A stretch of 64,000 bases of DNA. Origin: Takakia lepidozioides (lineage: Eukaryota > Plantae > Bryophyta). The stretch's first letter is position 1. Every line of letters starts with the position of its first letter. The notes beneath the pieces are model-generated. The model saw only the letters and a program-made list of their open reading frames with translations, was not told where the DNA came from and did no database searches. The DNA lies in assembly GCA_030704615.1 (NCBI GenBank), contig CM060733.1, forward strand, positions 60,016,001-60,080,000, in the 5' to 3' direction. The position numbers and the translations under genes are program-made. Shown here piece by piece: positions 22,826 through 35,322 of the stretch.

Positions 22826-24606
22826 CTACTCAGAATCACTGTCAACACTACCCATCGCCTTCAATCCCCTCGGTTTCTGCACAACAATCCAAAGGAAACT
22901 AATTACAGTCAAGTCACAAAACCCAACCTATCACAATTCCTCATACTGAAGAGCCATGTAGAAAATTTCTATTTTGTGCTGCGCTCAGTGAGAACAGACA
23001 GTAGCAAAAGCCGAGAACCAAGGTTACAAACCATACCTTCTTGACTGCTTTCTTTTCTCCTCTAACTTCATAACGATCCCGATTTAGATCACACAGCCAT
23101 GTCCCAGGGCAGATAGTCTGTCCACATGACACAGTCAAATGAGAAGGGTCTTGTTCCTTTGTCTGTCCAAACACTCGCAAACATCACAGAATACACTGGA
23201 AAGCGGTCTTCCACAGTGACAACACAAATCTGGAACCAAAAACTTTGGAAGTTCACAAGAATAAAATGAGAAGAAATGCCTCCCAAGTCACACACCTGAA
23301 GGAGTTTCTCAATTTGTTTTGACCGCTTCTTTGGTCGTTGAGGGAGTTTGGAGCCCTTGATTGCAAGGAAGTCATCCTCTTTCTCCTTCCGAGACAAAGG
23401 TATTATAAACTTGGGCCAATCAAAGAGGTCCATGTCCACTTTCTCCAAGACTGATGCTCTCTCTTGATAGCCCTCAATCTCGGTTTGCCCATTGCCAGCA
23501 GTTGCACCCCCACCAATTGTGGTGGCAGGGAAATCAGAAGCTTTGTCAGGATTCGCCAGCAAAGCTTGAGGCTGCATGTCAGCTCTTTGACATGCACTGG
23601 CTTCGACATCAAAACCATCACTTGAATGACAATGGTTGCCATTCCTGATTGTCAAGCCCAGAGGGGCCCCTTCAGAATCCCTGAAAATTGTGGCTTATTT
23701 AAGTCATGGTCTCAAGTACATCCAAAACAACAAACATCCAGACATCACACATCCTCCCTTCCAAACCTTAAATCTTGTTCTACTTCAGAGTGATCAAGTC
23801 AGAACATATCATGAAGCCAACCTCTTTTGTGACTAACACAGAGACCTACTAAAAGTTTGTTTGGACGTGGACATACCTTCTGCTATCCCCAGAGGCCAAT
23901 TTTGGAATGGATGGAGCACAGGCCAGTACAGCCGGGCGTCTACTTTGTACAGCCGGTTGGACCTGCTTGTCAGCCCTAACAACTCGTCGATCAACTCTGA
24001 TTGTTTTTTTTAGTCCAGCCGACTCTTCCACAACACTCTTGACATCTAACCTACCAAATCGTAGTCGTTTCCTTTGACCCCACTGTAGTAATCCTTCGCC
24101 CTCTAAGAAGGGTCGTTTTTTATCGTCATTGACAATCTCCTCTTCCTTTTTGATATGCTCCTCAGTAATATCTGAGACTTTGTTCTCCCGATCATCCTGC
24201 TTGTTGTGATGCGTAGAGCAACCACCCTTAAGCCTGTTACCTGGCATCTTTAAGAAAACCTTTCCCTCGCCAAAACTTAAGCAATCTCCAGAATTTCGTC
24301 TCCCATTTCCTACGGTGTCATCCCTCTTACAAGCTTTCAAGGTTGCCTTCTTTGCAGTAGTACCGAGGGCATCTTCCGTGGTGGGTACCTGTTGTCTGCA
24401 TGACGAAAAAATCAATTAGAGCAGGCAGATCCTTCTTGGCAACATCTGCTGCTTGGGATTTGCTTCCTCTTACCCCCATACCCAGTACTTATCCTGAAGA
24501 CTTGTTTCTCTATCGATAACCTTGTTTGCCTATGGCTACTCCTCTCAAGGAAAACCACAAAAAATTTGTCATACTTGTGCAAAACCTCCGAACGAGGTGG
24601 ATTCAT
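22826..24606 (-). CDS. DUF1639 family protein
   Basis: Phase-compatible GT-AG exons at about 24606-24575, 24395-23877, 23680-23296, 23117-23037 and 22876-22826. Motifs LQWGQRKRLR, WPKFIIPLSRKEKEDDFLAIKGSKLPQRPKKR, PGTWLCDLNRDRYEVR.EKK and PRGLKAMGSVDSDSE*. The start codon is uncertain. Confidence 0.9.
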
Positions 24607-25930
24607 TTTCAAAGCCGTGGAGACCACTCTACTCCCAGAACTGTCTGTAACCACTAGCACCACAAATAACTAGACAGGAGAGACGCTGGAGCCAAATTTA
24701 AGGTGGCTGCCGGCCATACAACAGTACCAGCATTCTCTATGAGACTAGATCAGAGCAGAACAAACTTGAATCCATTGTGTATGGTCAATAATCTCTGGTA
24801 ATAAACCACAAGATACCAGCAAGTCCTGCCAAAACTTCTTCCTCAACACACTACATGAACATGATAATAAAGTCCAGCACTCCAGGAATAAAATCCATAA
24901 ATCATGCCTTGTGAAGAAACTGCGTTCCTCACAACACACCTTTCATCAACAACTTTCAGCTCTTTCTCAGGTGACTCCGCAGATCCTTTAAGGCCTCTGC
25001 AAGTCTCATGCATGCCGAGATATTGAAAGCTGCCTGTATGAGTCACAAAGATGAACTTCTCAGTGCAAACAACAGCGGAAAGGGATATCCTCCGCTACCA
25101 CACAATCTGAAAATCTTAAGATCTTCCTGATCTAATCCTAAATCGTGAAAGGCTGACTTCACTAGTGGGTTAGTCAGGTGACGCGTCAAATTCTTGCTGG
25201 TTCTTACCAAGCAAACCTTCTCACCATACATCAGAAGTGATGATGGCTTGCTCCACTAATCCAACCATCAGATCATGAGAAGAGACGACAAGGTTAGCAT
25301 ATCTTCATGTGGTAAAAGAAATGCTGCTGTGCAATTCTCCAAATGTACTCAGAACACAAGGAAGAACGCTGCCACAAGAACTGTGCTTGCTGCGACGATG
25401 GACGTTAAGAACACCTCCGCACAGTCATGTACAAGTGCCACTGCTACAAAGAATTACAGACGAGCAGACCAGGCGAGTGAGTACGCAAAAACAAACCTCA
25501 TTGCAAATGGTGTCCACCAACACACGTCTAAATCCAAATTCTCTAAACAGAAACGGCCGCATAGGCTGCATTAAAGATGGAAAGGCTTAGCCCTGCAACC
25601 ACATCAAAGACACACACTGAGCATTATCCTCCCATTTCCAAACCCCGGCACAGGCCACAGAATGCTCCAAAACCGCACCACAAGTTGCTAACATCACAAG
25701 TCAACAAAGCTGTTAAGACAATTACTCGCAACGCCGCCTGTGCCGCTACCTCTTTCCTCCCGAACCGATTAGCCCTGTAAACACATGAGAGGCAAGCTAG
25801 GGCATTACCCGCCTGTTGAGATTCTACCAAGTGAAATGAACACCCCAGCCAGCCACAAAATCCCCAGGAAATAACAAAAGATTTTCAGAGCATTACTGGA
25901 AACGGCGCTGCGCTGCTTGCCCTGCTCTTC

Positions 25931-25954
25931 CTCTCTCTCTCTCTCTCTCTCTCT
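25931..25954. repeat. (CT)12 microsatellite in the probable 5' region of the DUF1639 gene
   Basis: Direct inspection of the sequence. Confidence 0.9.
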
Positions 25955-26832
25955 AACGCGGCGCCCTGGATGACAGCCTCTCTCACTCTTCTTCTCTCTT
26001 GTCTCGCACACTATCTCTCGCATAAAAGACAGAGAAGAAGACGAGCAGCTCGCTACTACTATCCCTCCTTAGCCACGCTCATAGGCTCTAAACCTACTCC
26101 TGCATTCCGAATGGATGTTTTACATCCACTTAGACGAATACCATCCACAAAATGGATGACGATCTCCAAGGTCCTTCGCAGTTGACCGGGCACTCTCACG
26201 CCGTCGCTACCATCGAGACATCTGTTTAGATGAATGTCACATATCATCCGGTTAAAAGGCACTGTGGCCACAGACTGTCCTGGGTTCAAATCCACAACAC
26301 GCCAGAGGTGCACGCACTCGTTCATCCATCCAACATCCATCTAACCACCCCTCCCAGTACACGAATAGGGGATGTCTATCATCCTAACATTGCAATGTAG
26401 GACGATGATCATTTGAATCCAATAAGGCACGACCCACCATTACGTTCCCCTCGAGTGAAATTAATTTTTAACCGCAATGGGATGCACTTGTAAAGTGGGT
26501 GGTCCTGGGTTCAAATCCACATACCATTTCATTGCGTGACAAAAGGGGATCGAGGTGCGTGTAATAATGACTCCGAGAGTTATAATAGGCAACGGAACTG
26601 CAAACCGGTTGACTGGATTGTTCCGCAAGCGAGTCCCATTGCAATTTGAAAGGTATTTTAAAACAAAATAGGTATTTAAAATACATAAAATACAAATGAA
26701 AATATGTACAAATGAAACTCCAGGTCCCAATATTACTTCGGCCAACCCCTCGAATTGGCACCTGGCGGTTGCGGTTGCAGAGGGGCAAGGGAGAGGTGCG
26801 AGGTGATGGAGGACAGGCAGGCCTGGAGAACG

Positions 26833-29800
26833 ATGATGGCGGAATCATGGTGCAGCAGTCACGAGGCGGCACTGATATGGCAGAGGACGCGGCTGCAGCA
26901 GAGATCTCGATTTGTGGCTTGCCCGTCTCATCCCGATCTGCTACTTCATCCCCAGTCCATCCCCTATCATAAGACGTTGGAGGTTTTAACGTTTTAGAAG
27001 GAAGGATCTTTTCCTCTGCAAATATTCATGTTTCTAGCTGCTTGTTCAGTAAGATGCTCGAATTCGTCCGGGAATTCGCGCAAGATTGCTTATATTTGAT
27101 GCATATCGGGTATTTTTGCCAGCATTATATGTACATCAGGAAGATGAATTTGAAATTTTATTACCAGCATGGCCTGGGTGTGTCTGGTGTTGGCGGGGGT
27201 AATCTGGGCCGGGCTTCTGTGCATGCGTCGCGGCCAAAATGGTTTGTGTGTGCAGTCTCTATTTCCAGTGTGGAGGTTGTGATGCATTACTGTGATGCTA
27301 TAAAGAATACTAAGAAACAAGAAGTAGTTGCATAGATGAATCTAAGATTTTGGCGAATTCTCCTTTTCTTCATGTAAAATAACCACGATACCGCTTTCTG
27401 TTTGGATCTTTCCGCCTTCAATTTCCTGACCGTAAAAAGTAGTCTGCGGTTACGATCAATTCGATCAATTTTTTTCTTTCTTCTTTCATGTCCTGCAGCA
27501 GTACTTACATTTCAGCCGCAGATAAGCGTTTCTTGCAGTTGATTTCCAACTGTCTTGTGACGACGCAGAAAGCTTGTCCATCGTTTCAGTTAGCTATGTC
27601 CAGTTCGTCTTTGTTGTTCGTTCTGATTTTTGTTGTGAAGAGCAGGATTTGCAACAATGAGGACAATCGCGAGTACGTTAGCTGGCTGATGATTTCATGA
27701 CGTGTGTAGCCAAGTCCCCGTTTTATAAAATTTCAGAGTGGTTGCTTAATATAAGGGGAGGAGGTCATGCCAGTGAAGGTCTGAGTTGTTGTGAGCGGAG
27801 GGTTTACAGGACTTCGGATATTGTGGGTGATGGGGCTTCCTCTGCCAGCACGAATGGTATGGATTGTCTTGATGTTGTGCTCCTATTGACTCTGGCACTG
27901 TTCCGCCGTATATGCTTCATGTTCCCTTGAAACTTAATTCAAGTCCACTGCATTTGGAATGCTTTGCATTGAAATCTCATTGACAAGTCAACAGCAGACT
28001 GTTATTCCACATTTCCCTCTTCACCAACAGCTCAATAAGTGACCGCATATGGTGTTTGCAGTCGGTCGAATTTTAGCTTCCATGGATTTTTTGATGCATA
28101 ATGTCGGCAAATTAACTGTATTAGCATCAAGTGTGCTGTGCTGGTAGATCTGCCCAAACAGCACTTGTTGAGAGAGTTCAGAGACTCTAACCCATGTTGT
28201 GAGTGACCTTCAGCTAGACTTGAGTAGGCTCTGAGAAGAGCACAAGTTTTTTGTTGTTTGATTGTATAAGTTGATCTCAAGGCTGAAACAAGATTTTCAT
28301 TTGCAATGTCACCAATGCAACTGAAGCTCTTAACAGCTAACATCTATGCTGTAGTTCATGTCAAGCTGTAGCTGTAAAGTAAGGCCGTGCGTGACTATGA
28401 GCAGGTTGCTAGAGTGGCAGGGTGTAAAGTGGGTGTTTTTCCATACCCCGACCCGTTGCTTCTTCGGTTGCACAGCACAAGGAGACTGCCATCCATGGTG
28501 ATCTGTTTTTACTTAGTTGTGGCCAGCTCTAGTTTGAATTTGAGAATATCAATAAAGATTTAGTACTTCTTACTCTAATGATGTTTAGAACAGGCTTTTT
28601 CAGAGTAGCTTTTGCAAAGTTGCTGCTGACACTGCTACTTACTCATAACTCATGTATCCTGAATGTGACAGCGTGCCATAAGCCTAGATTTGAGCCATTG
28701 CAGTCAGACAAACACAGTGCATAGTTTATCAATCATTCAGGATTTGTGAAGCTATGTTTTTCAAATTTCTTCCATTGCTCTGTACCTGTGTTGATTGGAT
28801 TAAAGGCCTATGGCGGTGTTTGTTGTCCTTATATCCTTCATCTCATTAGTTTTTGTCCTGTCCTGCGTAGGCCAAGATTAGTGGAGTCAATGGACAAGGT
28901 GGGAGATATTAATCTAATGCAAGACATGTATTTCCACACCAGAATCAAGGATCCCTGCTGTGTGTTTGTCGTTGAATTTATAGCTGTTGGTAAGAGATTT
29001 GGCTTTCTATCAGCTTAGCTTGAGTTGTAGATGTCTGCCCTTGACTCTTGATCTTGAAGCTGTTCCTTCGATAATAGTTGGAGTATTTTTGTGTAGAAGA
29101 CTTTCCAGGCAACAGGCCAACCCTACCATTACAATGACCTCTGGCAGGTTGTTTCCAGCCTGGCCAGGGAAGGGCTGGCTCCTTGGCCACTTGTCATTCT
29201 TGACAAACACATTCTCATTTGGTTTCTTGCTCCCAGGAAAAGGGTATGGGAGATCAAAGCACAGTGAAGTTCCGTGTCACTACCCTGGTCCCTGTGTCCA
29301 TGTTTACGTAGTTCTCAAAATTGTATGTTTTGGGATGCAGACCTGCAGGGAGTGAAAGAGGTCGAAGAGCTGAGTGTAGGGTGGGCAATGCTCCCTGCTT
29401 TTACAGACATACTCACTAGAGGGCCTGTGCAGTCACTTGAGGAGATCAAGGAAGCTGCAAGCAGAGTGCATAATGATGTCCTGGACTTCAAGGAGCTTCC
29501 CAGATTTGTGCAGGTTGCTGCTGTTCATGCGGGGAGCCCAAGGTATGCACACATCTCCAACTCATCTTCCATTTTGTGAATGTAAAATGTCCTGCTTTGG
29601 GCAGTATTTAGGAGGTTGTGTTGTTGAGGATGTGATATGAACAGCTGCCTTGGCAGGTACCTGATGTTTGAAAAGGATAGGAATGCCACCCTGCCAACAG
29701 AGGTACTCGAAACCACCTACCTTGGATTTGTCTTCAGATACAAGAGGAATGCAGATGCTGCTACGCTCTATAGTGTGGGTTTCATGATCTGATTGTCTAC

Positions 29801-32800
29801 CAGCATCTTTGTATCAAATTTTCAGATTGAGGGGTGCACAGTAGCATTTGAGCTAGAGCCCTTTCCCCCAATGAAGCTCTTCACTGAATTGACTCGAGAA
29901 AATGAGCTATATACTGATGGGGATCTGATACCTGGACTTTCTCGCTTCATCAAGTAAGCTTTCTTGTTCTTTTGAAATGTGCACCGGTGATGAAATGGGC
30001 CATTGCTATACATAGGAATTTTCTTTCGTGCACCCGAGAGCTGGATATGTTTTCAAGCCTGCTTCTTTGTTCACTCAATCTGTGTGTGGTGCTCCTTGTG
30101 GAGGCTTTTGATCTTAGTAATGAGGGTTGTAATCCAAGGTAGGAAATTTGGAAGGGAAGGGTATAAGTACCTTCTCAATTTACAACAAATCATCTTCAGA
30201 GCGAGTGGGATGTTGGACATGTCTGTGCTGTCGACCTATGGTGACAATTATGGAGTAACACTCTGATTAAGTCACGCAGCTAATCTTGAATGTTGCTGTT
30301 GCTGGAGTAGGATCCCTTCCGGTGCTAAATCTGCTTTTGCTCAACCTCAACTTATGCCAAAAGCAGAGTTATCTCCTTTATTAACACTCTGCAGAGAACC
30401 TTCACATATGCCATTGGAGTTGCTCAGTCACCCTTATATGAAAAGCTAATGACATGGAGAACATTTTTCCAATTAATAGCATGGGAAAGGAAAACCATAT
30501 CAGAGCTAGTAGAGAAAGGTGTAAGTAGAATTAGCGGGGGTGTGGCTCATCGGGGTGGCACAGGTTGCCATGCGTGGTACATTGGTAGCTGTGTCCCCAG
30601 ACTTTCAGGACATGCTTGTCAACTTGCCTGCCGCAGGATCACCTGATGTGCATGATCTCGCTGAGAGCCTTCTCTGTCTCACTGGTGCTACTGCATTACC
30701 ATCTGATCGAGACTTGCAACTGCACCCTATATATTGGCTGCATGTCTCTGTGCACAATGGGCGCCAATCCATTGGCAGCAAATTGGTACGTCACACATTC
30801 TCAGGTCATGCAGTCCTTTCTCTAAATCGATACACATTCATACTTTCATGTTCATTCCCCATCATCTACAAACCTATCCATTTCCAACGACTACAGTTGA
30901 TTGTTGCATTGCCTGTTTGTGGCTCCTGGGGGGTGAAAATCACAGTACTCTTGTGTCCTCAGTCTGAAACCTTTATTATTACTTCGTTTGGGGGTGCATT
31001 TAGAGTGATCCCCACCTCAGCCCACTTTGAAGTGTTGTGACACTCCGTTGTCCTGCACGAAAGATGAAAATGCTCCCCTTTTCTGTACATGTGAAGAAGT
31101 TGGTTCTGGCAGTTCACAAACTTGTTGCTGCAAAACAAGCAATGCAATAGGCTGGAATTGCAAGAAGATGTGTCTATCTCAGACCTTTATGAAGATGGTG
31201 GTATTGCTCTGGTATGTGCCTGTCACCTTGCAGCTTGGATTTCAGTAGTAGTGGATCATATCATGTGTTGGCAGGTGGTCCATGAGAGTGCAAAGGCTGT
31301 ACTACTTTTCAATGGACACGTGAACTCCTTGGTTGAGGCACATGCCTGAATGGAACATCTGTTAGTGTCCAAATATGTTGCATTGTCTTTGTGTGTCTGG
31401 TTCTGTGTGTCTCCCTCTCTCTTGCACTCATTATATGCACAATTGAATCAATGTAGGGGAGGGGCTTCTTCTTTAGTCTAGACAGTTCTACCTTGGCCTC
31501 ACAGTGGTTGCAAGTGCTTGTGAACAACCATCTTGAACTTCAGCAGCTGCATATCACATCAAATGGGTGGCTGCCCAGATTTGAATTGAAAGAGACAGTA
31601 GCTGGAATGCTGCTGTAATTGGGTAGCTTCAGCCCTTCATTATGTGTGTAGGACACCAGGACTCTCTGAATATCTCCTCAAGTAGAGCAGGGACAGTGGA
31701 GTTAAAACAGTATGATGAGGTATGAGGGCTGCAAGTACGAGAGTTTGTTGCACAGGAAGATGATTGAGCAAGTGCTGGTGCATTGTGAAAATGAACAGGT
31801 GGTGGAGCTCTGGTGTGCAGCATCAGACTTTTTGGTGCCTTCACATAATTGTAGCAATTTAGCCACTGATGGCGCTTGCCATATTTGCTCCTCTACAGCT
31901 GAGGTACACCACTTTCTCTTTGCAGGTGCTGATATGATTGGCAAGGCTTTGCTCATGCTTTTGGGCTTCCCAGGAGTTTATCAGTCTTCTGAGTATCTAA
32001 AGTGATGAGGAGATTAAAACAACTTGCTTGAGTTCACTTTTAGTCTCTGAGAATGCTTTACAGGGAACTGAAGGTTGCAATTTTGGTAAATGTGTATATA
32101 GATTGTCTATCTCAGTACAATGGCTAGCCCTCAGGAAGGGTGAACGGTTCAAAATTCTGTTAAAGGCTATCAATCCCAGGGGCCTCAAAGTATAGGCACA
32201 GATTAGAAACATGCCATTCAAGGGATCCCAAATCACGGAAGTCGCAAAAAAGTTCCTTCAGATGGAATAAGTAGCATTTATGAGCATTGGGACATCTGGT
32301 CCTCAGTTGAGTATCCACCTAGCACGTACCCATTTGTGGCGAATAAGGATTTCTGTAGAGCTTTCCACGCCTTGCAATCTTTTTCTTGTAACTGTCATCG
32401 GAAACATCCTTCTGTCTCTCATTCGTCCAGGGTTGTACCTGCAGGAGAACCTCTGTTTGTATATCTTAGTTAGTAATATCCATTTATTGGTTATCCTCTG
32501 GTGATGAATGCATAGAGCTGGAGCAGCTCATGAAACTGCTATGGCAGCTTGTTCCATCTATTGGCATTCTGCTTCTTGAGGAGTTAGCCGGACAGAGAGG
32601 TAGGGTTACCAATCAACCAGTTGTCAGTATATCACACATAGAGGAATTTTTCCGAGCTGGTTGTTTCGTTGACATCAGGCTTGGTTGAGAACTCATGATC
32701 GTGTCCAACAAAGTCCTTTATTTATCTAGTCTGACAATTGCTGTGTTGAGTGATGATGTGCAGGTCCAAGCTTGTGGCCTCATGACGAATTTGGCACATT

Positions 32801-32875
32801 TTATAGAGAGAGCTTCAGTTCCATGGACTTCAGAGCATTTGAATTCAATCTTTCATTCTCCCTGGAGTTTCTGAG
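26833..32875 (+). pseudogene. Multi-exon gene of unrecognised family, apparently with lesions
   Basis: Phase-compatible exons at ~29340-29542, 29657-29773 and 29826-29953 read DLQGVKEVEEL...HAGSPR/YLMFEK...ATLYS/IEGCTVAFELEPFPP...GLSRFIK. Later candidate exons (30311-30520, 30963-31200) need a frameshift or contain stops. First and last exons are tentative. Confidence 0.5.
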
Positions 32876-33191
32876 AAGGCAAAAAGGTGCTCAACAGTAA
32901 GCCAGCCAGCCATGAACGTTATAGTGGAGCGACGTCCCTTGATAATGCCAAGTCTTTGGGAGTTTTAAGGAGGGAAGGCCCAGCTCCAAGGGCCTTGTGC
33001 AGCATGGCTGGCAATGGGGCTACCACTTACTGTGGCAGGCATGCAGGGCCAGCCTTCCCCGAGGCCCAGGGTTCCAAGTTTTGGAGAAAGCAGCAGACGC
33101 CCTTTCCAGCAGTTCTCGCTAGCCGTGGAGCCTGTGCTTTGTGGCACCAGTTTCCTCTACTGACAGGCCCTAGAGGTGTACAGGGCCCAAT

Positions 33192-33846
33192 CTGCAAGTC
33201 TGGGGACAGCTACCGATATACCACACATGGCAACCTGTGCCACCCCGATGAGCCACACCACCGCTAATTCTACTTACACCTTTCTCTACTAGCACCAGAA
33301 GGATTACTCCAGCAACAGCAACAGTCGAGATTAGCTGGGTGACTTGATCAGAGAGTTACTCCAAACCTGCCACCATAGGTCAACAGCACAGACATGTCCA
33401 ACACCCACTCGCACTGACGATGGTTTGTTGTCCAAAATTTCCTACCTTGGATTACAACCTTCATTATTAAGATCAAAGGCCTTCATAAGGAGCACCACAC
33501 TCATTAAATAAACAACAAGAGATGCAGGCTTAAAAACATATCCAGCTCTCTGGTGCACCAAAGAAAATTCCTATGTATGGCAATGGCCCATTTCGCCACT
33601 GATGCACATTTCAAAAGAACAAGAAAGCTTACTGGAGGAAGCGAGAGAAAGTCCAGGTATCAGATCCCCATCAGTATATAGCTCATTGGAGTAAATTCGG
33701 CGAAGAGCTTCATTGGGGCAAAGGGCTCTAGCTCAAATGCTACTGTGCACCCCTCAATCTGAAAATTTTGATACAAAGATTGTGATAGACAATCAGATCA
33801 CGAAACCCACACTATAGAGCTTAGCAGCATCTGCATTCCTCTTGTA
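33192..33846 (-). repeat. Inverted partial duplicate of 29739-30608 (exons and introns), with an internal deletion
   Basis: Reverse-complement colinear match throughout, e.g. ctcaaatgctactgtgcacccctcaatctgaaaa vs ttttcagattgaggggtgcacagtagcatttgag. About 30328-30505 is missing from the copy. Confidence 0.9.
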
Positions 33847-33984
33847 CTTCTCCATCTACTTTGGGAGAGCCCCCTTATTTTGACTGTATCTGGGCTAAAC
33901 CTTGTGGTAAAGAGAATCTCTTTCCACTGCCATGTGAGAATATTCTGTCGTTTCAGAATATTGGCACGTGGTTTGTGGAATTTT

Positions 33985-34074
33985 GGCCTAGAGAAAAATA
34001 CTAAAAGGAGAAGTAGACTTAGACCATGTTGCATCAGAGAGTCAACTTGCTGACATATTCACAAAACCATTAGG
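33985..34074 (+). mobile_element. Ty1/Copia RNase H C-terminal fragment
   Basis: Translates EKILKGEVDLDHVASESQLADIFTKPLG, containing the QLADIFTKPL hallmark. Confidence 0.8.
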
Positions 34075-34682
34075 GACTGTAAGGAATGATGTGGTCCCTG
34101 ACGGATAACTTCAGTATGGCCAACGCCTTGCACTTCAGTTTCTTCATCGTATTTTCATCAAGGTCAGCCTTGTCCTCGGCAGCTGCTGCGTCGGTAGTAA
34201 GCTCAACGAGGTCCCAAAGGTCTTCTTTTTCCAACACAATCTGCATCTTAAATTTCCATAGGGGATAGTTGCTTACACCATCCAATTTGTTAGACTCGGA
34301 AATGGAATATTCAACCGTAGAAGTAGCCATGATGATGCAATCACTACAGTCACTTGTCTAGGAGAGTTCTAGGATGGAAGAATAAGCAGGTAGGATCAGA
34401 AGGAAAAAGAATAATACAAAAAACAAGATGACAGAGCAAGGTGAAAGAACAAGATAATGAGGGTCAGATTTTTGTCACCACATGCGTATTGTGCAGGAAA
34501 GTGGAAGTACACGCTATATTAATCTCGAAACGAAAGATCTATAGATCTTGAGTCTGGTCGTAGGACACTCTTCCACATTCTTTCACGGAAGGAGCAACGC
34601 TCACTTAGTCACTAATCTCTCTTGTGGAGCAGCGCTTACACACTCACCAAGGAACTAACCCGGGTGTTACCCCCTAACAACA
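34075..34682 (-). mobile_element. Ty1/Copia 5' fragment: LTR-like segment, leader and gag N-terminus
   Basis: ORF from 34330 reads KLDGVSNYPLWKFKMQIVLEKEDLWDLVE...KALAILKLSVRDHII (Copia gag N-terminus). A TG-starting LTR-like segment runs from ~34680 to ~34485. Confidence 0.75.
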
Positions 34683-35322
34683 CTCCCCCTCAAGGCATAG
34701 CCCTTTGCTAATGCCCACCCATTCTGACCACCGCCCCAACCTTGGCTGTGATACCATGTTGGAACACTCAGCTATTCATATTCAACTACATAGAATACCA
34801 GAGGTGAGGCTACATATACAGTGTTTGTCACGGAGATAGATAGAGAAAGAGATAGAGCAGGACCACATGGTCACCACATGGGCCTTATCGCTAACACTAT
34901 AATGGAGCAATTACTAAGGCATATGGTCGCCAACCACTATCTAGAATCTTGGAGCAGTGCATTTACTTATGCCTGATCTATCGGCATACTACATGGGTGA
35001 GTTAATTCCAATACCTAAGTGATCTAAATAGCTTCATAGTAATAGTGTATGTCCTCCAGTAACCACTAGGTCTACGATCATGAGCTTGGGTGTGGACTGC
35101 CTCAAAGGGCTATAGCCTTGACACCTCCAACACTCCCCCTCAAGGCATAGCCCTTATGCTAATGCCCACCCATTCTGACCTGGAAAACCACTGGCGTGTG
35201 GTCGGGCTAGGGATTGAACCTAGGACCTCCCCCATTCCAGTGGGGTGCTCTACCACTGAGCTACCCGTCCCGTTCTGTTCTCAGAGTGTCGTGCAAGGGC
35301 TACAGCCTTGACACCTCCAACG
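34683..35322 (-). mobile_element. TRIM-like tandem: short tRNA-containing LTR, internal/PPT, 376-bp LTR, PBS, internal/PPT
   Basis: LTR 35132-34757 has TGTTGG...CCAACA ends. PBS TGGTATCACAGC (iMet-type) at 34756-34745. The internal segment ending in PPT GAGGGGGAG occurs twice (35180-35133, 34730-34683). The first ~27 nt of the LTR recur at 35322. Confidence 0.8.
35199..35270 (-). ncRNA. tRNA-like cassette (Pol III A/B boxes) within the TRIM, probably not a functional tRNA
   Basis: GGACGGG TA GCTC AGTGGTA GAGC A CCCCA CTGGAA TGGGG GAGGTC CTAGG TTCAATC CCTAG CCCGACC A folds as a cloverleaf, but with a 6-nt anticodon loop and an A:A acceptor-stem mismatch. Confidence 0.8.

Noticed and set aside
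35199-35270. Functional tRNA gene
   Set aside because: It has a 6-nt anticodon loop and an acceptor-stem mismatch, and it sits inside an LTR-like unit.
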